A stretch of 64,000 nucleotides of DNA from Cyanidioschyzon merolae (lineage: Eukaryota), in NCBI GenBank assembly GCA_000091205.1, contig AP006498.2, one strand, 5' to 3'. Position numbers and translations under genes: made by a program. Below are positions 1 through 10,597 of the stretch, in pieces. Numbering within the stretch: position 1 is the stretch's first letter; each line of letters starts with the position of its first letter. The notes below the pieces were generated by a model that was given only the letters and a program-made list of their open reading frames with translations, did not search any database and had not been told where the DNA came from.

Positions 1-379
1 TGCCAGTATCGCCAGCCAGATCAAACTCGTCATTTTCGAAAACCAAAAGAGCAGTTTTCTCGCTCTCTTTCTTGATGCGGTCAATCCGGAGCTGGAGCCA
101 CAGGACGTCGCCAGAGGGCTCGCTCGACTCGTCCGCTCTCGCCGCGTTTCGCAAGGGCGGGGTCTCGGCACTCATACCAGAGGGCACGTCCAATTCCGTT
201 GCCGCATCAGGTACCCCTGCAGGAACCGTGTCGACCTGGGCGTGCTCCTCGGAAGAGGAGGGCGCAGGCTCGTCTGGAGCTTCTCGTTTTCGGCGGTTGC
301 GCTCTTGGCGCGCCTTCTTGGGTCCCTTTGACTCATCCTTGGATGCCTGGCTTAAATAGCTTTCGATTGCAGTCTGCAT
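1..379 (-). CDS. Hypothetical protein. This is a partial CDS whose 3' part runs off the left edge of the window.
   Basis: The minus-strand reading frame is open from an ATG at about 379 down to position 1 with no stop (more than 126 codons, beginning MQTAIESYLSQASKDESKGPKKARQ...). Its codon composition resembles the neighbouring genes. No recognisable domain was found. Confidence 0.3.
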   Translation of the reverse strand, partial: MQTAIESYLSQASKDESKGPKKARQERNRRKREAPDEPAPSSSEEHAQVDTVPAGVPDAATELDVPSGMSAETPPLRNAARADESSEPSGDVLWLQLRIDRIKKESEKTALLVFENDEFDLAGDTG

Positions 380-569
380 ATGTGAAACAGAGGAAGCAAG
401 TTGCCCATCAGTTGGCGGTTAACTGAGTAGGCGTGCTCAGAAGCAACACAACGCTTGCATATCCGCTCGAACGCACGCAGGTCGATCGGCACGCTCTGGG
501 TTTTGGCATGGCGCACTTCCCGCCAAAGTGCGATAACAAGTTCCTCATTTTTGTTTGTTTGATGAAACG

Positions 570-1250
570 TTTACATTGTCCTCGGATCCCAGGTTGCACG
601 ATGAATTGTGGCTATCGTGAAAGGGTTCATCATGTTGCACCCAAATTTTAAGTACCATGACGCATGCGTCCTCTCGGATGTCCAGGTCGTTCTGTGCGTT
701 CGATCGTGCATCGAATGCCTGCGCTGAGCACCTGCAATAGCGCCTATGCTGCTGGTGCGGATGCAACACGGAGACAGAGCGGCATTGCCGTACCAATGAG
801 GTCGTCGGCTCGAGGCGTGGTTCAACGCATTCGGTACTGGGACTCATCATACTTCTAGGAGCCTGAAAGGCTGTGCAGACAGACGTCCCCCCAGCGACCA
901 CGCGAAGTGACATACTAGGAATCAACAGCGACCGGTGCGTCGCCGAGAAGCAGCCTATCCGCTGCGATTCCCAGACTAGACTGCGTTATGGACAAACTGC
1001 TCAGGTCTCGGCACTGCACCCGTCGCTGCAGAGGCACATGCAGCGGATGCCCGGTTGACTCGAGCGGCCGCAGGACCTTCCGCCTAGATGGTAAACTTTC
1101 GGACATAGGGAAAACTTTCCCCCTGCCAACGCTTACCGTAGAGGAAGAACGAAATCGTTATCGAGTTGCTAGTACGTTTTCCGTTTCTGATCTGTTGTCA
1201 ATGTTTACTCGATCGGATGCACGCTGAGGCTAGCAGCGCACCGCCGCGCC
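570..1250 (+). repeat. Solo copy of dispersed repeat family R3, about 700 bp. Other copies lie next to Fanzor 5' ends.
   Basis: It aligns by eye over most of its length with 59395-60100, which lies upstream of Fanzor copy C. Its reverse complement aligns with about 19250-19880 beside copy A. Shared blocks include gatgaaacgtttacattg, ctgtgcagacagacgt, actgcgtt.tggac.a.ctgctcaggtc and ggtaaactttcg.aca. Small ORFs in the track from both regions are mutually similar (571..825- versus 59418..59666-). Confidence 0.5.
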
Positions 1251-1999
1251 GTCCTAAAGCGATCAAAAAAGGCACAGTGTCGGAGGCGTTGCCGGACCGA
1301 TCAATTCGCTTTATGCAGCGGGAATACTGGAATGGAGGTCGTACAACGTGGAAACGTATGCACGGTACGAGCTGTCGCTTGGATGGGCATCGCCAGCATG
1401 AACGCAAGCAGGCAAGCTCGTCCCGTGTCACTGTTGGTGATTCCGCTCCCGAGTTGTTCACCTAGACTTGTCTTTTCAAATTTGCACAGGATACATGGGT
1501 ACCCGGCTAGAACCATTGCTTCTACATCAAAAGAAGCGCTGCGGCGTTGAAGCACGATCGGGCTGATGCCACAGACACTCCAACAGACATTGAGCGAAAA
1601 CCATGGTACACAAAATTAGGCAATGATTTGTGCGATCTTTCCATAACCTGCGAGCCATTGGAGACGAAAGAAGCAATTGAACCTCCGCAGGCAAAGGTTG
1701 AAGGGCCCTCATTTCACGCGCTCTACAGAATTCGAGCGGTTTCTGCGAACAACAGCTAAGAAATCGTTTCAATGATGCGACGCATATCAAAGTCTGGGTA
1801 TAGCATGGACCCTTTTTGCCCAAGTTTCCTCGCGACATGGAAAAAGCACAATGGGCGCAATAGACTGCACCTGAACACTCCAGACACATGAGCGCGAAAA
1901 ATAGCATCCTCGCGCTCGGCTACGTTTCTCCTGGACCTCTTGTAGATTAGAGTGGAACGCTGAACTGTGCGCGTTGTTCCAGTATTTCGATTTTTTTCG

Positions 2000-2245
2000 A
2001 ACCTTCTTTTGTCTACAGCTGCGACATTTGAACTTTGTCAATAAGAGCTCACGGATGAATACGTAGTTTTGGGATTCTCTGTCGTTGATTCGGTGTGACC
2101 TCGTCGCTGCTTCGTCGCTGGATTTCGTTGAATCAACGGGGTTACGATATATCTCGATGCCCTCGAACATGCTTTCGTAAACGAATCGATATCATTTTGC
2201 CATTTCATGCATAGAAGCCTCCGATCCTCTCCTTCCCTTCCATGA
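2000..2245. repeat. Dispersed short repeat family R4, copy 1 of 3 (about 250-300 bp).
   Basis: It shares ggcaataag.g..tacgga..catacg.agtt.t.ggatt.tc.gtcg, a middle block ccctcgaaca.g.tttgtaaa, and a ctcttc...ccc end with 12905-13200 and 54120-54420. Confidence 0.45.
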
Positions 2246-3894
2246 CGCATGCTCAATTCAGACATTTTTCAAGTTCTCGATCTTTCTCTTCCGAGGCAAC
2301 TCCTGGGTGCAGCGGTTCGCGTCACCGGATTGGCAAGGGAAAATTCTCGAAGTCGCCCCTTGAAGCCTTGTTCAAAAGCGTATATGGAAAGCTCGCTGAA
2401 CTCTATGCGCAAAAGAATAGATACCGTTTGATAGACAAATCAGCAGCCGTTCATGGGCATCGACGAAACGGCAGGCAACAGCAGCTGGTACCACCCGCGG
2501 GATACGCTCCCAGGCGCTTCGGCCTCTTCGGTTTCCATGAAAGAGCGCCCCGGACTCAGCACTGATTTATCGCAGCAAACCGCATCCACTTTCGAATGCG
2601 TTACAGCTTTGCACAAAGAGAGCATTGACGAATCGGAATTTCTGGATCTCTTCTGCAAGCTGCATATTCCTTCTTGTACTTGTTCCAGCATGGCCGAATC
2701 TGAGTTCCACATATTTTTGTCTATCGAATGGAACTGCGTGCACTTGCGTCTGTAGCAGACAGAGTATTCACCGAATGGATCATCCAAAAGTGCCCCACGA
2801 CCGTAGAGTACAGCACTGAACACGGGAACAGTGAAGGGCACCCAGCGGAGTCTTCGATACTCGCCAGGGCATGTATCGAACGTTAAAGCAAGCGTTCACG
2901 TGCCACTGGATAGCCCACAGAGGAATACGCATGGAGGACGTATAGGAACACTTGATCATCGTCAAGTGTCACTTTTGCAACGGGCGATCCGAGGCTGTGT
3001 ACAACGAAGATGAAAATGGCACGCAAAGCGCAGATCGCGACTCTTTCCATGTGCGTACCATGCGCAGACAGCAGCCGGAAGCAATGGAATCGGGGCTTGA
3101 ATGCTGCCATCAGCATCCTTCCGCTGCCGCCAATGATGCTTGACGGAAAAGAGAGACTCTTGTATTCAAAGCCGGTGTAAATAGAGTGGAAATGCAGTAG
3201 TTCTAAAGAAAACGAAAGTCCGCCAAATCTGGTATTGTTGACTCTAGGAGGAAACAAGAACTTTAGCGTGTACTCCCGAGTGAGATAAGAGGACTCATGT
3301 CACTTTCTCCTGGAATGGATGCATTCTTACGTTGCATATCAGCCGTTATTCGAAACGGTCTTTCTAACCGAGCGCTTGCGGCTTGCGTTTACGCGCCCTG
3401 GTTGGAACGGCCGGACGCAAGCATCATGCCTGAGAGCCAGCTATCGGTGTGCTCACACGGCAAAGAAAGAGCCCTGAAACCCACAGCCTGAACACGAGTA
3501 AGGTGCGACTGCTTGTACAGAAAGCAGCTGCGCCTGGATGGATGCTTCGCCTTGGTGGCACGTCAAATACGGAAGCCGCTTCCCGCGGATTTTCTGGCGG
3601 TTATTATTACAACGCGACCTCATCCCGTGAAGCAGAAACCGCGCCGCGATAAAACGTTGCAACTTGCATCCAGAGCTGAACTTCGCACCCAATGTGCCTC
3701 GGTTCGGCACACCGACACCACACGCTCTTTACTCCAAGACGCTGCACAACAGAGCATCTCAGTTGTCTGGGGTGAAGCACTCTCGTAGCTAAGCAGACTG
3801 CCCTGGGTACGAGAACGCTGCCGGTTCGCGGAGCTTCAGCGGCACCGCAAACGCGGCAAACTTGCAGTAACTATAATCCTGTCCTATTTCCGTA

Positions 3895-4480
3895 TAGAAA
3901 GAACCGAGTGAGTCCTATAAGCCTTGCGTTCCAGTGGCAAACCTGCTATCTCCAGTCACGAACGCTCTCTATCGACCAGAGCATGACTCCAACTTGCCTC
4001 GCGCTACAGTTGCAAAACTGCTTTCTCCAATTTTAAACGCTTTCTACACTGAAAGGACCGAGTGAGTCCTATAAGCCTTGCGTTCCAGTGGCAAACCTGC
4101 TATCTCCAGTCACGAACGCTCTCTATCGACCAGAGCATGACTCTAACTTGCCTCGCGTTTCAGTGGCAAACCTGCTATCTCCAGTCACGAACGCTCTCTA
4201 TCGACCAGAGCATGACTCCAACTTGCCTCGCGCTACAGTTGCAAAACTGCTTTCTCCAATTTTAAACGCTTTCTACACTGAAAGGACCGAGTGAGTCCTA
4301 TAAGCCTTGCGTTCCAGTGGCAAACCTGCTATCTCCAGTCACGAACGCTCTCTATCGACCACAGCATGTCTCCAACTTGCCTCGCGTTTCAGTGGCAAAC
4401 CTGCTATCTCCAGTCACGAACGCTCTCTATCGACCAGAGCATGACTCCAACTTGCCTCGCGTTTCAGTTGCAACAAGGCT
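3895..4480. repeat. Tandem satellite array of about 7.5 units of 76-78 bp, with two alternating unit variants giving a higher-order period of about 229 bp.
   Basis: Unit U1 is ttccagtggcaaacctgctatctccagtcacgaacgctctctatcgaccagagcatgactccaacttgcctcgcg. It alternates with a diverged unit U2 (ctacagttgcaaaactgctttctccaattttaaacgctttctacactgaaaggaccgagtgagtcctataagccttgcg). The array ends about 115 bp upstream of the SUV3-like gene. Confidence 0.9.
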
Positions 4481-4633
4481 GGTGGCGCGCTTTCCCCGGT
4501 AGCAACGGTGCATCCCGTTCGATCAAAACAACTGTGCTAGTCGGCGCTTTCGCGCTCGTGCAGTGGGCTCGTCTACGCACTGGACACTTCTCTGGTGCCA
4601 AATTTAGAATGCTCGACTAGTACCGGTCGGCTC

Positions 4634-7165
4634 ATGTCCGTGATCACGAGGCGCCCTTGCTTCATGCCTGCGGCTGCGTTGCGCAGTCAGCAACAGACGT
4701 TCGCGCTCGTCCAGAGTGGCTTCACCTGCCGACTTCAACTCCGGTACAGCTCGCAGGGGGCGTTTTTGCCGAGTGAGCGACCTTGGCGTCGAAGGCAGGT
4801 TCTAGAACTTATTCGTCAAGTGCAGCAGGGCGAGCGCTACCGGGAGCGCCTTCGTCGAGAGTGCCAACTGCCGCTCGGACTCTGGGACCTGGTGGCACAG
4901 CGCATCAGCGGCTGGAAGCTCAAACGCTTGCGTCGTTGGCTTCGTGGCGCCGAAAACCTTCTTTTGACGCACAAGCAGCTGCCTCTAAAGGGACAGGAAA
5001 CTCTCTCCGAAGGTGCCGAGCTCAGCTGTGCTGCCCATGCACCCCAAGAGCTAGTATTTCGTGCAATGCTAGCCTATTGTCGGCAGCGCTATGGTGAAGA
5101 ACTGGGTTCGCTCGCTCGGCTTGCAGTGTGTGCAGACTTAAGCTTGCCAGCGACTTGGTTTCCCCTCGCCCGCGCCCGCAAGAGAAAGGTGATTTATCAT
5201 GCAGGGAAAACCAACAGCGGGAAGACTCATCAGGCATTGCAGCGCTTTCTGAACGCCGAGTCGGGTGTGTACTGCGGACCTCTTCGGCTGCTCGCCTGGG
5301 AAGTCTACGATCGACTGAACAAGCAGGGCATTGCCTGCATCCTGCGAACTGGTCAGGAGTTCGCCATGCCGCCAGGCTCGCCTTCAACAGCAAATGTGAA
5401 AGATGCAGCGATGATGCCTGGGTCAGTGTCGGGCGCCCTGAATCATGCCTTGAGCCCGAAAACCGATGATCACGAAGAGGAAGACGAGGATGAAGACGAA
5501 GAGGAATCGAACGCGTCTGCCGCTTTCGATGATGAGCGCATTCATCTAGGACGCCATGCGCACAGCGGCCTAGCCAGAGGCGTTGCGCTCGATCAGTCAG
5601 TGACTGATCCACTTGACTTTCCAAAACAGGTACGTTTCGTGTCCTGTACTGTAGAGATGGCTGATCTCTATCGTCCCGTGCAAGTCGCCATAGTTGATGA
5701 AGTGCAGATGATTGCTGAGCGGGAGCGTGGTGGTGCATGGACGCGAGCGATCCTCGGTTTGCCGGCGGATGAGCTCCACCTCTGCGGATGTCCCAGTGCA
5801 GTTGACGTCGTACGCGCTATGATCGAGGAAGACTGCCACGAGCAACTAGAGGTGCGCACCTACGAGCGTCTAGGTCCGTTACGTGTCTCAGAGAAGGCAC
5901 TGGGCGAGACCCAGCGCCAGTGGAGCCGTGGCGTGCGTGCCGGGGACTGTTTCGTTACGTTTTCCAGACGCGAACTCTTCCGCATCAAACACCAGTTGGA
6001 ACGAAATGCTATCAAACCTCTACAGTGCGCTGTCATCTACGGCTCACTGCCACCGGAAACACGTCGTGAACAGGCGCAGCTCTTTAATGAGGCGGATACC
6101 CACTCGATTCTGGTGGCGACGGACGCAGTCGGCATGGGCCTGAACCTCAATATTCGGCGCATGATCTTCTCCGCTTTGGACAAGTTCGACGGGACTCAGC
6201 GTCGACCGCTAACGACCGCAGAAATTCTTCAAATTGCGGGCCGAGCCGGCCGCTATGCCGGGCCTGACCGGCGGCCCCAGTGCGGTGAGGTCACCGCGTT
6301 TCGCCAGGACGACCTCAGACGTCTTCGAAGCATTCTGCATGGTGCCGGTATCGATACGCACGGCTGGCCTGCCTCGATTGTACCGGAAAAAGTCACAAAA
6401 GCGGGCCTCAGTCCGACTCGAGAGATGATGGAGGCGTTTGCCGCTCGCTGTACTGCAGAGCTTGCTTCGCGCTCGGCGTCTGGCGATGACCTGATGCGGC
6501 GAGCTGCCACGAAGCGACCGCCACTCAGTGAGCTCTACGAAAAATTTGAAAACCTGGCCCAAGTGGACGCTTCCGGGCGATACTTCGTGTGCGACCTCAC
6601 CGACGTCAAGCGAATCTGCCGTCTCCTGGAGCGTGCCCGGGTTGACGAATGGATGACCTTTGATCTACTGTACAGTGCGTCTATGGCTCCGCTCAAGCTC
6701 GACGATGCTGCGGCCTGCGAGGCCATGGTCCAGTTTATGCGAGCATTCACCACAAGCGGCGTGGTGCGTCTCACTCTCCAGCAGTGCGGCTCCAGGATGG
6801 CGTTGCGTTGGTTGAGTGGGGCGCCCCAGTGGAGCTCCGGGCCTCGCACGGTTTCTGAACTCAGGGAGCTCGAGTCGCTCTACCACGTCCTCGATCTATA
6901 TAATTGGTTTGCGAATCGATACACTGACGCATTCGTGGACCGAGATCGTGCCTCTGAATTGCGCCAGCGATGTGCAGAGGCAGTTGCTCGTGGTCTCGCG
7001 AACCTCTCCCAAAGTGCCATCGAAGACGAGCATGACGACATGCAGGCCGACACCCTCTCACAGAGACGTCCGCGGCGAACTCGCTACCGTCTTCGTCTGG
7101 ATGAAAATGAACGTCTGCAGTATGTATCCTATCTGCGGAAGCACCAACCGCTATATCTGCGATGA
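4634..7165 (+). CDS. SUV3: ATP-dependent RNA helicase SUV3-like, the helicase of the mitochondrial degradosome.
   Basis: It is collinear with the SUV3/SUPV3L1 core: KVIYHAGKTNSGKTHQALQRF...GVYCGPLRLLAWEV (Walker A), VAIVDEVQMIAERERGGAWTRAILGL (DExQ), AVIYGSLPPETRREQAQLFN, VATDAVGMGLNLNIRRMIFS and QIAGRAGRY. The track ORF begins at a GTG at 4595, so the start was moved to the first in-frame ATG (MSVITRRPCFMPAAALRS, which resembles a presequence). There is an acidic insertion (HEEEDEDEDEEE). Confidence 0.85.
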   Translation: MSVITRRPCFMPAAALRSQQQTFALVQSGFTCRLQLRYSSQGAFLPSERPWRRRQVLELIRQVQQGERYRERLRRECQLPLGLWDLVAQRISGWKLKRLRRWLRGAENLLLTHKQLPLKGQETLSEGAELSCAAHAPQELVFRAMLAYCRQRYGEELGSLARLAVCADLSLPATWFPLARARKRKVIYHAGKTNSGKTHQALQRFLNAESGVYCGPLRLLAWEVYDRLNKQGIACILRTGQEFAMPPGSPSTANVKDAAMMPGSVSGALNHALSPKTDDHEEEDEDEDEEESNASAAFDDERIHLGRHAHSGLARGVALDQSVTDPLDFPKQVRFVSCTVEMADLYRPVQVAIVDEVQMIAERERGGAWTRAILGLPADELHLCGCPSAVDVVRAMIEEDCHEQLEVRTYERLGPLRVSEKALGETQRQWSRGVRAGDCFVTFSRRELFRIKHQLERNAIKPLQCAVIYGSLPPETRREQAQLFNEADTHSILVATDAVGMGLNLNIRRMIFSALDKFDGTQRRPLTTAEILQIAGRAGRYAGPDRRPQCGEVTAFRQDDLRRLRSILHGAGIDTHGWPASIVPEKVTKAGLSPTREMMEAFAARCTAELASRSASGDDLMRRAATKRPPLSELYEKFENLAQVDASGRYFVCDLTDVKRICRLLERARVDEWMTFDLLYSASMAPLKLDDAAACEAMVQFMRAFTTSGVVRLTLQQCGSRMALRWLSGAPQWSSGPRTVSELRELESLYHVLDLYNWFANRYTDAFVDRDRASELRQRCAEAVARGLANLSQSAIEDEHDDMQADTLSQRRPRRTRYRLRLDENERLQYVSYLRKHQPLYLR

Positions 7166-8361
7166 ACGATACGCAGCACGTGCGTTGTAAAGTGGACACG
7201 CCAAGCGCAAACTTATCTTTATAGCCGCTCTCCATGGATCAGAGACAAGAACACCGCCACTTGTGCAGTTATCGCAGTGCATACGACGCTACCGTTCAGT
7301 TTGTTGTACGAGCGCGCTGCGAGGTTGCCAGCGAATGCCGTGAAAGAACTCCTGTCTTCTTTCACTGGCGTCAAGGGTCGAGATCCCCCTGACGCATGAA
7401 CGCGACTCGCTCCGCTTCAGCAGATTTTCGCGTCATCTCTGCGACGAATACGCTGTCGGAGGTATCGGAGACGTCGACAGCATGCCACCCATGGACACCA
7501 CCAGCATCTACGTAAACAAAAGGAGTGCATCTCTGTCATGCAGATGCTCGCCTCGATGCCAGACAAAGTGCACACGCTAGCAGCGCGTACGCAACAATTC
7601 CTCGGGAGAGTCTCTCAGACTCGAACCAAGTTTGACCTGGACGTGTTTACTCGACCCAGTCAAAGCATCTGGAACGACAGAAAGACACAAGATCGACGGG
7701 TTTGTTGCCTCCGATACAACAGCGTCCACTGCTGCATCGTGCGACTCTGCTACCTGCGCTTCTACGAAACGATGTTCATTGAAATTGACGAATAAGCACG
7801 CTTCATGAATCCTAAGCGTAACGTGCATGCTTGCATGTCATGATGACACGATGAAGATCAAGATCATGAGCATCGTGATCCTTGTGATCATCATTGTTAG
7901 CAATTCTTTGGTCGTGTAGGGTGATGCTCTAGCCGCGCTCGGTTCGCTGGCGTGTCTTGACTACACATCCGAGGCACGTCTCAAGAGAATCTTCCTGCAA
8001 GCAGGGCCAGGGAGCCATTGAAAGTAGACAACGACCAGTGTAGAGGCCAACGCAAGCAGAACCTGAAGCACTCGTCTTGCCATGTGCAACGCAAGTGGAT
8101 ACATCACAATCTCCGACTGCATCCAGCCACGCTTTCTAATTTTGGACGCCTTGGTGCGACACGTGTACGCCCCGTTTCGTTACGGTGACCTGGTGTGGCA
8201 GCGAAACTATGCGATCACATCCAAGCAGAAGCAGCAGAAGCAGTAGCAAAAGCGCTGCTGGCGACACCCAAGCTCGTGAAAGCAGTACCACGACAGACGC
8301 TTCGCCTGGTCCATCGATGCGAGTCGCCGTGGTAACGACAGCTACGCTCGCCCGAAGGGTC

Positions 8362-8364
<3 letters not shown>

Positions 8365-8393
<29 letters not shown>
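8365..8393. repeat. Compound microsatellite (CA)n(GA)n.
   Basis: The sequence reads cacacacacacacacagagagagagagaga. Confidence 0.8.
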
Positions 8394-8879
8394 CGCGTTC
8401 CAGACGTTTCAGACTCCCCTTCCAGATTTGTACCAACTTGAGCTACTGCAGAACGACTGCAGAAGCCTTTTCCATTCGATATGACAGCATCAGTTGCCAA
8501 CCAAAGGCATAGCCTCTGTCAGTGTGTGGATTTCGACTCCCCCCGGACGCGGTAGCGCCACCGATACCGTCGGTATAACCGAACAACAGCAACAACAGCA
8601 CAAGAAGTGCGAGTTGTTATAGAAGCAGCGGTATCGTTTTGGTGCGCATCCCTCGCAGCAGCATTCGCCGCTGGTGATACCTTGCGTTCCGGCGACTCGG
8701 GTCCTCTGTAGACGACGAGAAGGGTCACTCTAGTCAAGTGTGTGTAATTTGCACCATATTGTCGACGACCTTTCGATCTGTCTGGGATATCGAAAGGCAA
8801 CGAGCAATTGAGTCCTTTGTTGCAAGCATCGGCATGTGTTGGCCTGAACAGACAGGAGATCCTGTCGAGTCTCTGCACT

Positions 8880-10220
8880 ATGATTCATGGTAACGAGTCG
8901 CAGCAGCGTCGTTGTGCGAGTCCGCTCTGGAGCTGGATGCGAGGGTCTTTGCGGAGCCATTTGCAAGCCGGTCGCCAGCACCTGTGCTCAGCACCGGGTG
9001 ACGCACAGGCCGCAGGATCTGAGGTCACAAGCGACAACCACGGAGCAGTCCAAACGAGCGCACGAGTACAACGCGGTGCCCGGGATACCCCGAGGAACCT
9101 GTGGAGCGTGCTTCTAGGACGTGATCGAACGCATACAAGCGCGTTGGCAGCTGCAGAGCCACCAGCCGTTATCGCGTTACTGCCTTCTCCTGTTGGGGTT
9201 GTAGCAGTTGCGCCCAAAGAGCCTGAGCTCTTGACCTGGAACCGTGATCGTTTCGACGGCAGCCGTACTGACGCGGAGATTACCGCTGAATCCGCGTCCC
9301 GAGAGCCGCTTGAAAGACAATGTGCGGTAGCGAGCCGCCAGGCAGCCCCAGTGCCGGACAGTTACCAGATGCTGGACGTAGGCTCCGGTCGTTCGTTTCT
9401 CAACGCTCTAACCATTGCGGGCGTTGGTATCCCGAGCAAACTTCTCATGGGCAGTCTCGAGCGCATTCATGCGTATCACCTGGATCGCTTGCACGAAGCG
9501 GTGATGTCGCGCCCGCGAAATACACCGCTTTTGACGGTCAGCAACCACAAGTCTGTCATGGACGATCCGTTCCTGTTGGCGTGGATGCTTCCGACTCGTA
9601 CGCTGCTCCATCCAGAGACTATGCGTTACGGCTTATGCGCTGTAGACATTTGCTTCCGAAGCAAGTGGTTGAATCATTTCTTCACGGCAGGCAAGGTGCT
9701 CCCCATTCGCCGTGGCGGCGGACTCAATCAACCCGAACTCTACCGAGCCGCGGAGAAGCTCGCTGCCGGCGCCTGGCTCCACGTCTATCCCGAGGGTCGC
9801 GTCAGTCAGCGCTGCCTGGGTCTTATTCGACGCGGCGTCGGAAAACTTCTCGCCCTTGCCCACGAAAAGCGCAATGCAAACGACCCCGAAATTCTTATTC
9901 TTCCCATTTACCACGAGGGCATGCAGACGGTCATGCCTCAAGACGAAGAAACAAATGAGTTGGTATCTATGGTACCGAGGATCGGACGCGAAATCTTTGT
10001 ATGGGTCGGGGAGCCCTTCACGGTGTCGGACATACTCCACAAATGGCAAGATTTAGGTACGATATCGCTTGCCGAAGATGGACCTCAGCAACTCTCCATG
10101 TATGAGGAGATTTGTGATCGCATTGCTGGCGTTCTCGTCGAGCTCCGAGCCGAGCTCCGTCGACGTGTACTCGAAGACCACGGTATCGATCTGCGCGAGA
10201 GGCTCCAGAGCTACGACTGA
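8880..10220 (+). CDS. Tafazzin-like phospholipid/lysophospholipid acyltransferase.
   Basis: It has an HxxxxD acyltransferase motif in a tafazzin-type context (PLLTVSNHKSVMDDPFLLAWM, compare human LITVSNHQSCMDDPHLWG), together with a downstream HVYPEGRV motif. The track ORF starts at a TTG at 8808, and 8880 is the first in-frame ATG. The conserved domain aligns best if translation starts at the ATG near 9372 (MLDVGSGRSFLNALTIAGVG...), so the true start is uncertain. Confidence 0.65.
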   Translation: MIHGNESQQRRCASPLWSWMRGSLRSHLQAGRQHLCSAPGDAQAAGSEVTSDNHGAVQTSARVQRGARDTPRNLWSVLLGRDRTHTSALAAAEPPAVIALLPSPVGVVAVAPKEPELLTWNRDRFDGSRTDAEITAESASREPLERQCAVASRQAAPVPDSYQMLDVGSGRSFLNALTIAGVGIPSKLLMGSLERIHAYHLDRLHEAVMSRPRNTPLLTVSNHKSVMDDPFLLAWMLPTRTLLHPETMRYGLCAVDICFRSKWLNHFFTAGKVLPIRRGGGLNQPELYRAAEKLAAGAWLHVYPEGRVSQRCLGLIRRGVGKLLALAHEKRNANDPEILILPIYHEGMQTVMPQDEETNELVSMVPRIGREIFVWVGEPFTVSDILHKWQDLGTISLAEDGPQQLSMYEEICDRIAGVLVELRAELRRRVLEDHGIDLRERLQSYD

Positions 10221-10597
10221 ACCCTCGGATGAAACGAACGCTCTGGCCGGAACGGGGTCCCATAGTTCGCTCTACCAGGAGCGGATGCCCGGGCGATCAG
10301 GCAGGGAGCAGGCACTGCGCTGCTGGTGTTGGACGCGCCTCACACGTACGCTGTGCAGCGAGACACTAGCGTGCTGGACGTCGCTTCCAAGGAGCCTTTG
10401 CGTTCACCAGGTTGGTAACGAAGTTTTCTGGGGTGTTTACGACCAGACTTGGGGCGGACAAGTGCCTGTAGGTGTACGCAAATGTGCGTGTGTTTGTGAT
10501 TATGCTCTCCGCCCGCGAGGCAATGAAGTGATGCTGCTTTCCGACTCTGGAATGCGAATGAGCAGGCGCTACGACCGGTTGGCGTCAAAAGCAGCGT

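Noticed and set aside
3895-4480. The 76-bp satellite was considered as a tandem tRNA gene array because the unit length equals a tRNA.
   Set aside because: It has no GTTCRANYC T-loop, no D-loop GG or A-box/B-box features, and no acceptor-stem complementarity. It is a plain satellite.
4595-4633. The ORF-track start coordinates for several genes (SUV3 at 4595, tafazzin-like at 8808, FKBP at 12097, ankyrin-BTB at 26392, cytochrome c1 at 29314, oxidoreductase at 42949, phosphatase at 52295) were considered.
   Set aside because: These positions are GTG or TTG codons, because the track evidently uses bacterial start rules. For a eukaryote the first in-frame ATG was used instead. True starts remain unverified.
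7590-7660. Possible tRNAs at a GGTTCGAGTCT-like T-loop (minus strand near 7620) and at gaatcgaacc (25390) were considered.
   Set aside because: The flanking sequence cannot form the T-stem or the acceptor stem in either case.
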